Assembly (NCBI GenBank): GCA_051362555.1
Contig: CM120642.1
Span: forward strand, 28,830,001 to 28,894,000
From: Lingula anatina
Taxonomy: Eukaryota; Animalia; Brachiopoda
Direction of reading: 5' to 3'
Length of the DNA: 64,000 nucleotides
Part shown: piece by piece, positions 55,030 through 64,000 of the stretch
How positions within the stretch are numbered: the first letter of the stretch is position 1
How the letters are laid out: each line of letters opens with the position of its first letter
Notes under the pieces: model-generated
Database searches by the model: none
What the model saw: the letters and a program-made list of their open reading frames with translations, nothing else
Told to the model about the DNA's origin: nothing
Program-made: the position numbers and the translations under genes

Positions 55030-57028
55030 GATGGCAGCTTTAATTTTGTTCAAACTCACTTGTCTCCGTTGCTTTCAAAAAATCCTAAATTTACTTGTGG
55101 ACCTCAGAGCACAATTGTCTTGTTTATTTAGTTGTCCACCCTTTATATATATCTTGTCTCGGCTATAATTGGAAAAACAATTACGGTAGCTGGGGGTACA
55201 GGTGGTGATTGCTCCCGGAATTGTACCCGCACCCACACTGTGACGTCCATTTGTATCGGGTCGTAAGGGCAAAAGTGTAATAGTTTTATGGGCGAAGCCA
55301 CTGACCGCTATGACAGGTGGTCAAAAACAAGATATGCCATTATTGTCATCGGTGTGTTAATATGTTTACATTAGATATTTTATTTGAAATTTCCAAATTA
55401 ATGTTCTTTCTTAGGGTTTGTATGAGGAATCATGTTCCTTCACGCATTATGACTCAAGAGATTTAGTTGGGGGGGGGGGGGGGGGACATGGATAAAAAAT
55501 GCGGATCAAAGCAAGGTGAATATGAAACAGTGTATTATTAGTTCCAGAGCACTAGAATAGTCACTTGTTTGGTCTTGTCCGTGCAGTGAAAAAAATGAGG
55601 AAGGGGTATTTTGATACCTTCTTAAATGAAGGCAACCAAGAATCTAAAAGAGGTGCATGTGCCCACTGCACCCCCCTCCGCCATTGCAATGTTAAATATT
55701 TATTGAGGGCGTAGAATCAGTTAAAGGGGCTAGTCTTCCATACAGATTTACTCCTGAAAGTTTGATATCTTCTGAAGGTACACCTGCACTAAGTACTGAC
55801 CCACACTATGTTAGTTAAAAACAGGCAGAGAACTAGCCTGGGACAGTTCAACTAACATTTATGTCATTATAAAATTTTTTTGTCCATGTCAACAACACCT
55901 TCATGTTGGACGCATAGCATCTATTAAGGTTCGGTTTTAATGGAACCACAAACAATGGCAGGCTTCAAAAAATGAAACATCGCGACAATATTGTCTTTTA
56001 TCATGGATATTTATAAATCACATGTTTTATAGATTTAAAAATACCTTAATTAATCTTCAATGTTTTGCAGAAAGCTTTGGTCTTAAAAAAGTGAGTTCAG
56101 TCGAACATTAATTTTTAGATTTGAAATGATGGTAATTACATTTGATTCAATATTTCTGAGACAATACAATTAGATTGGTCTTTAAAAAGCAGGTTGTTAA
56201 AATCACAATATGAAAAGTTTGTCTCACAAACGCTTCAAAAATACCACTTAAACTGTTTCTCAAAGGCAAAGGGTCGGGTTTTGATCTCGCATTCGGTATT
56301 TTCTTCTGCAGGTCTTTTTAAAATAACAGAGACAACTCTCTCATCCAAACTTCAAGTCAGCTTATAATTAATACAAAGTGAGGTCGGCCTCGTAGACCTA
56401 CCAAAACAATATGTTGTGGCTTGCAAGTCACGACGACCTGAGTATGGGTGAAGACAAAACGAAATGGGGTGAAAAGTTTATCTCCTGAAAAGTGTATCCT
56501 CTGACATCAATGTTTGTTTGTCATCAGGTGAAATGAATTTCGTAAACAAAATCATATATGCTATTATTGTCGCACATGTAGCTATCACTAATAGTAAGCA
56601 CATCAAAACACGTTGTTTACGTCAGTGCCTTTTTAAGTTTGTCACTGGTCACGCGTGTCTAGTTAGCGTGCTCAAGTTAATTATATATGGAATCTATCCT
56701 TAAACTGAATAGGCAGCAGCTAACAATTCACCACTTCTACCATTTATTATTCATCAAGTATAGTGCCTGTTTGTGGTCACTCCCTTTCTACAGTAAACAA
56801 AAGAAAGTGATATTTCGATCTGAGGCTTGATACATGTGTATCTTCGGAAGAACGGGGGTCCGACGTCTGATGTTATATAACTCTTGTTTACAGTTTATAT
56901 CTTTTAGGCAATCTATACGACCGTAAATAAATGCTATTCCTGCCTCTCTGCACCCTACTTTTAATATGCAATCCGTTCTATCCAGTGGACAACGCCTCGG
57001 TGTTGTGATGACAAGTGTGTCATTGACA

Positions 57029-57248
57029 CAGTGACGGATCCAGGATTATATGAAGGGGGTCCAAAACGCCAAGCCTCGGATGCAAAGCCGACCATCGCCC
57101 CTTTGGCGTGGGGTTAGGGGCATGCTTAAGGCCTAAAATATTTTGGTGTTTTGGAGGGCAAACGGTTTAGAACTGTGATTCAGCTAGTCAAAATTCTAAT
57201 TTCAATTTCAAGGACCCCCCGACCCCCCACTCTATAAATCCGCCACTG
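57029..57248. mobile_element. CAGTG.CGGAT...ATCCGCCACTG MITE
   Basis: Ends cagtgacggat / atccgccactg; similar to the 25092 element. Confidence 0.6.
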
Positions 57249-58411
57249 TGACAACACCTACGGCGCATTTCAATGGTAACCCTCTGCCAAAGACCAATTA
57301 AGCAATGGCATCATTTGTGAAATTTTGTGCAAAAATTCTCGCTGGACAGTACATAGAAATAGCCAGAGAATTATCTGTGAAAAGTTAGCGTTAAAGTTCC
57401 AATTAATAATTTGGCCTTGGTGGCAGATATTCAGTGCTTATGTTTATGCTTATGTTTAGGTGAAAACAGAGTAATTTTTAGGAAATGTACAGGCACTTGA
57501 TGTGTGTGGTTGAGCAAGAATTCGTGTGTAGGATAAATTGCTTCCTTCAACAATACATTCGACTTGATAGGAAACCTTATGAGTAAGATCCCTTTACTGC
57601 ACACCCCTGTCATGTATTGATAGTAAATTTATCAAGTTTTGGGATTAAAATATTTGTTTTTTCTTTATTATTAAATGTGATATGATGAAGACGTATTTAA
57701 AATCTACCATAAAAAATAAACTCTTTATCGTAAAGGCTGTCACACTTCCAAGTTCACGTGCTTTTGTTTTCATATCATCACATTACAGTTGTATATTTAC
57801 CAGCTTTTCATTCTTGATACCACATCTAACATGATTTATGGCACAGAAAAACAAAACACCGTTTAGATCTCCATATCTTCTATCATTTATTAAAACCCAT
57901 TTAATCAAAGAGTTATATGGGCTCTGTGTAACTCTCATTTTAAATAACCGCCAGAAAGAGCTCCTAACTATACACTTGATAATAGCGTGTGTTCTTGACA
58001 AGTACTAAAGGCAGTGCGCCATGCTTTTAGTAATAGTTACAAGTCTTTTTTATTTTTTAAATATTATTCAATTTGTTCTGGTTAACTAGACGGAGATGGT
58101 CCAGAGTATTAAAGGGGTTGGTTCTCCTCTGCAATGTGCACATCCCACAGGTGCTGAGTAGGATCAGGATTCAAAGAGGGTAATTGTTCCATCCTCAGAG
58201 CATTTTTGCCATAAAGTCCTCACCAGACGAGAACATTGAGCACGTGCGATGCCATGATAAAGTCTGTAGATATATATGCCCCGAAAGTCACACTTGCAAA
58301 TGGAAGAAAATATCTGTTGAGGATATGTGTCGTACGTACACAATGCTTTTCAAAATACTTTTCAAAACCACTAGACACAAAACTGGGAAGGAATGGAAAT
58401 ATATAACACTG

Positions 58412-61400
58412 TCAATCAGGCAAAGGGGGTGGGGCTTCGCATTTGACAGTAGTGCCATCTATTGGTCGCACCATAGTGTGGATGGGCTTGTCCAGGAGAC
58501 GAACCGAGGCCAGTGGAATGCATTCGTCATCTAGCGGCAACGGGCACTCCGAGCCCACTCTGAAAAAAATGGCAGATAACCTTTCAATACATGACTGAAG
58601 GACACCTAGAAAAATTCCCTTTGATCAAATAGCACAATTTTGCATAAGAATATTGTCTATTGCTGCATTTTACGTAATGATAATAAATCGGTTTTAATCA
58701 AAATGTTCTTTCAAAATAAGTCTATATGTTTAGAAGAAACGTTACGAGAAGAGATGGGCGTCCCAAGATATGCAATATCGTCCGTGGCGTGAAAAGTGCT
58801 AATCGCTCATGAAAGCTATTGGCTTTACAGTGGATCTCTCTCTCTCCCCCTTCCTCTCTCTCTCTCTCTCTCTCTCTCATTTTCCGTATTCGAGAGTGCG
58901 CAGCTGGCTTCCCGTCGTAAACGCCACCCATAAAACAAGCACACGTACCTGGCTACCATGCGCAAACTTAACACAACGCTATTAGAGTGGTCCAACGGGA
59001 AGGGTTCTACCGGCTCAAACTCCTGCCTGCTTCCTCCCTGCAGCGTGGTGGCACCGGAACATACCCTATAGTCACTAATGCTGTGGAGTGCTTCGTCAGC
59101 GTCAAGTATATATCTAAGTTTGCGCTCGGCGGCTTTCATCTTTATAAGTGGGCTAAAGATCAGGAGACATATTAAAATGCTGGTATAAATACAAATATTT
59201 TAAAGTCGAAGGGCACAGCGGACGGGTGACACAATCCCCTAAAAATTTGTCCGTAGTGAGGTAAGGCAATTTATTTGACATCAATGCGCCAGTGAGAATT
59301 GGGGAAACCATCATATTGGCTATGAACATGAAATTTGATATAACTATAAGCTGCATACATTTGCAGGTCGAATGACACGATATAAGTATATCACTTTTAT
59401 ATTAAAAACATTACATTCATTTTGTACTGTAGGTTTTGCAGTTTACTTTTAGTAAGTCTAATAAAATTGATTTTAAACAACAGCATAATCACTATTATGC
59501 ACATTCTTGAAATGACTTGCATTTAAGTTCCACATCTAACAAGAAGTTAAAGACAAAAATTATAATAAACGAAAAGTTTAGTCTTACCGATCGTCTAGCT
59601 CCCTGTGGTATTCTTTAAGTCTTCGTGACAACTTTTCTTTTCGCTTTAACCTCCTGCAAAACAACATAAGTTTTATGACAGTAAGGAAGACAGTATCAAA
59701 AATAGACTTTATCGGCACATCACCGAACACATTACGACCCACAGGCTTAAACTTTATTGCACTGCATTTTAGTGTAAAAGAATTAGGAATATCCAAATAA
59801 TTGAAAGGACATCGTTTTCTTAATGACTTGGCCTTCTATTAAAGAAACACATTAATATTTTAAGTATGAAGTCCATACTCCATATCTAGGTCATCCATTT
59901 CCATTTTAAGTTTTGCTTGTAATTTTTCCATTTCTTCTATTTCATATAGAGATGTGTCTGGAAAATATAAAAGTATGAAGTAAATACTACCGTACAGTAC
60001 AATGTAGTATGAGGACACTATGGAAGTAAGAGGGCACTGTACGTGCGATCATACAAAAAATAATAAAATAAAATAAAATAAAATAAAATACAGAGTTTCA
60101 AAATTTAATGTCAACTTAAGAAAATGGCTGAGGCATAATAAAAGAGGCCAATTTCCAGTTAAATTTTAAATTCTGAAACGATATCAAAATTGTGATAAAA
60201 ACTTGCACAGAACAACTAAAGAAGTATTTCTTCACAGAGTAGGCCACTGCCACATATGCTTTACCTGTTAACTTAATAGTTGACTCGTGACCGATACCAA
60301 GTTGTGCTAAACAGCGTCTTTCAAATGGAATTTTTGTTTTGGTTCCACGAATAAAAAGCCACTCGGGTTTTAGAAATCTGAGCTTGTACTCATTTTCATC
60401 CTGAACTACATTCCCAGTTTCACTCGTCTTCACAGCGCCATCTATCAGTCTCCTTAAAACCAGAGCCACGGTAGAGCAGGACTCTGTAGTCACTTTCTTC
60501 TGCCATGAGCCGGACAGGTTTTCACTGAAGATGTCCAGTGTCACCTCCATGGGTCGAGATTCTATCATTTTGACGGTAGGTGGAGCAGCAATCAGCAGGG
60601 AAACGGGAAGCGTGTCTTTCAGATCATCTTTGTCGTTGATCATCTGAAGTTGAGATAACAGTCGCTATATTAATTGCAGAAAAGGGCACAGGGGAAAAAT
60701 TGGTCGTTTTTACTCATCATATAAATTAATACACTACACAAATTTTACAAATGGCGTCTTGCCTATTTCAATATGTAGGCCTACTGGTATGTCTGTCCCC
60801 CAGTTTACCGTTTCAAAAGTTGATTATCTCTTTATCATAAAATATCGCAGAGAATAAGTAACATACGTCTGCCCTTCAGCGTCTACGATCATTGATTTAT
60901 GGTAGGCCTGTCACATGTACACCATATGGTTCCTTGCCCCGTGCTATGGCAGAACAAAGGTTCCGCTTATCAAATATAGGGCCTACTCACCGTGTTATAA
61001 AAAGTGGTGAAGCTGTTGTTGTTTTCGAACTCTATACAGATGTGCCTTTCTTCCACGCTAGCATCATCCAGGTTGCCTTCCTATGTAACAAAACATACTA
61101 TATGTTTGTAGGCCAAATCTACAGTTAATTTAATGATATGATCTTTTATCGAAGACACACAGGTTTATGGAGGGTCCGAATCAGACATCTGCTTTATTTG
61201 TAATAAATTTTATTTACCACCCCAAGAAAAGAAACACAAAATTAATGATAAATAACATCTACATGTTAAAAAGATCTATTAAGTTACGAGTTTTTGTCAT
61301 TTTCGTACGAGAAGCTTATCATCAAAAAGGCATAGGCCTACGTGTTCAGCTCTGCATAAAAATGGAACAAATAGTTTTTCAATAGACCAAAATATGAATT

Positions 61401-63290
61401 GATGTAACATGTTCGAAAAATGAGTAAAACAAAGCCACATCAACACTAAAGCGACATATTAAAAGGAATATAAAAATTGCCTACCCGTTTTCCCAAGAGC
61501 TGGCGTATCTTATCAAGAACTTCCTGTATAGTTGTTTCCACCGTGACGTCTGAGACTGTACCGATCTCTTCCCGTGTATCATACTCTACGATGCATACGT
61601 CTGATTGGGGAGGCAGTATTGTCAAATCTTGACTGCCACCGAGTTCTCTGAAAATATTTGGAATATAACCTTTCAAACATCGTTTATGAGGGCCTGTCCA
61701 CATAGAATGGCATGGGACGGAATACAGAAATATACAGAAACGGCACAATATAGTAAAGAATAGAATTAAAAATGAGTCACAAATTTTTGGGAAATTTAAT
61801 TAAACCCACCTCAAGGCCATACTTGTGTCTAGAATCTCGCTGTCGCCTCTTACTAAGAAAAATCCTTTCGAGAGATTTAGGCCCTTTTCATCACATTCCT
61901 TCTCAGTCCGTTCTACCAGGTCTGCCACTTGTTTATACGCCTCAATTCTAATAGAAAGCTCCTCCTCTGACCCTTTGCCTCTGTATCGGATGGTGTAGAT
62001 GAATATGGTAGGTTTTACAACGACTGTGGAGCCATTCGAGAAGCCTTCCAGAGCAAGGTACAAAGACTTGGAGTCCGTCCAGCGGTACTCCACTTCGTTT
62101 ACTTGGCACTCTTTTTGAGAATGCGTGAAACCGTCGCTGTCACACTCCGCGAGGTTCTGTTCTTTAAGTTGGTACATCAATTGCTCGATTGTAGAGTACG
62201 TTTTGACAACAACGTCATCTTGCCTGCCGTCAAAGGCAGTCACGTGGAGTGTGATGTCCTTGTTCACGATTACCGTGACGTCGGACACAAAATGTTCATG
62301 TACTGAATCTTTCCTGTGGTGAATCTCTATGCTCTGGTCACTGCTGTCATTAATGGCCAGTTCCTTCTCGACCATCTCTTTCACGTCCTGGCTCTTAAAG
62401 AAGTACAATGTGAGAGTATCCGGAGGGTTGACCACTTTCACTTTCACTTTCAGTATTCGGACGGTGTAGATCTCACACTCATCAGCTTTCTTTGTGTCGC
62501 TGATTGACACGTCTTCCAAGCTAGGAATGTTAAACCTTGCCTTCACTTCTTCCTTCACGTCAGCCTTATATCCGACGGTAAACGATTCCTTCTCCACATT
62601 CTCGTCATCTATAGGATTGATAATGTGCACCTCCTTGGCAATTTCTATAAACAGGAGGTACTCAGAAGCTGTGCCTTTCCAATAACTACAAGGCAAAAAG
62701 TATTCAGTTATATGAATGTTTGATTGTTTTTTCTTTTACGAGGAGCTGGGTAAAGATATAAGGTAGGCAGTCAGTACTAAGCAACACTGACCTCTTTCAT
62801 ACAACCTGTTTTAATAATTACTAGTGTAGTAAAAACGATAAAAAATATTTGTATTCATTACAACGAAGTTTCCCGCCAGTCTCAGGATTCTACCTTAATA
62901 TAAGATGTTCAAAGTTCAACATTTTAAAAAAATGTAGTAAAAATCAAATAGATATATTCTCCTCACGCCTAAAAAGGGGCCTTTTCCCTTTTACATGGAC
63001 AACGTTCTAAACTCTAAATAAGTCGCTGTTTTCACATTACTTTGATATAAAAAGTAAAACGCGTTCTTGAAAAGTACTCACTTGTACAGTTGCTTCACTC
63101 CCCAATCGAAGTTGTCAATATGCCAATATCTCTCCCCACACAAGAGCAAGTAGGCATCTGCAGACTGTTCAAACCCCGTGCTGGACGCAATAACTGACCG
63201 CACAAAGTCCTCCATTTGCTGGTCAGGACTTAAGTCCACCGTGTGCACCTCCGAAAGTTCACCTTTGTAGTTCCTTAAGCGTCCTTTAAA
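58412..63290 (-). CDS. Uncharacterised multi-exon protein (3' part): degenerate ubiquitin-like repeats, coiled coil, conserved-looking C-terminal module
   Basis: Nine phase-compatible GT-AG exons: 63082..63290, 61810..62685, 61485..61648, 60991..61080, 60265..60643, 59879..59957, ~59588..59654, 58949..59152, 58412..58559. Ubl-like patterns (ITLHVTAFDGRQDDVVVKTYSTIEQLMYQL; LAQLGIGHESTIKL). The gene structure is firmer than the product call. Confidence 0.75.
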
Positions 63291-63675
63291 CTGCAACATT
63301 TTAAAGAATAAAAGTAACAAGTTTAGCACTGGTATATTTTGTCATAACAATATAATGCCACACTGTTTGCGTATTTTTTATACAAATATAAATATACAAA
63401 AAAAATATATCCGTATTTTAATAATTATAACATTCTTAACGTCTTAGCTCGTTTTTTTTTTGTTGGTTCTACGTAAAAGATCAGGTTTGCATCTCATTCA
63501 TACTGATAGAGAATGAAAGCAGGCATTTACAGTTTGCCCACTTTTTCTGTGGATATTTTTTTTCAATATTTTTAAAACTTATTATTAATGAAAGTTAAAA
63601 TTTAAACTATACGAACGTAATCCTGTGTGGATGTGATAAACAGCAAAATAAAATGAGCACATGTATCATAAAGGC

Positions 63676-63844
63676 CAGGCCCGTAGTCAAGAGGGGTTCG
63701 AGGGGTTCGAAAGACCCCCCCCCCTTTTTTTTTGCTGGGAAAAGGTCCCCTCTGGGTAAAATTTCACCTAGGTACACGAAGGTTTCATGGCGAAAGGTCC
63801 ACTTTTTTAGAAAAAGAACCACCTTTCTGCTGGCTACGGGCCTG
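63676..63844. mobile_element. CAGGCCCGTAG MITE
   Basis: TIRs caggcccgtag / ctacgggcctg around GC-rich ggggttc...ccccc motifs. Confidence 0.65.
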
Positions 63845-64000
63845 AAGGTATTTTTGACATTTTCCAGCCAACAAATTATACAGCTCTTTAAGCTCTTTTA
63901 AAAAGAATATTGAGTACCGTGTATAACAACTCCGGCGTAAATACACACTCCAGAACGCCATTCTCTCTTCTCTTGGCCTCAATTCCCGAGTTCGCTATGG

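Overview
AT-rich, intron-rich eukaryotic DNA, apparently from an animal; a marine invertebrate or lophotrochozoan is inferred from the repeat types, and no species is claimed. From left to right: (1) an 8-exon NCS-1/frequenin EF-hand gene (+, 1..9816, start codon outside the window). (2) An intact 16-exon GPR107/LUSTR gene (-, 13263..20445), with a 6.2-kb Mutator-like element inserted about 116 bp upstream of its ATG; this element itself holds a MITE interrupted by a solo LTR. (3) An ~18.4-kb tandem segmental duplication (unit A ~10394..28831, unit B ~28836..51237) whose junction cuts a peroxidase gene. Unit B carries a GPR107 pseudogene with a decayed 7.4-kb Ty3/Gypsy element in intron 1. That element has a ComEA-like helix-hairpin-helix motif at the Gag N-terminus, a -1 frameshift signal, a truncated PHD-like tail and a nested TTAA element. 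(4) A tandem cluster of intronless, secreted 'non-animal' (peroxidase-catalase superfamily, Hydra-APX-like) heme peroxidases: two intact, one truncated. (5) The 3' part of a spliced gene (-, 58412..>63290) with degenerate ubiquitin-like repeats, a coiled coil and a GATTLQG..LRMVAR..PPPLP tail. Comparing the duplicated units reveals filled and empty sites for many transposons, including two tiny palindromes with 7-bp TSDs that resemble P-element excision footprints. All alignments and exon calls were made by eye.
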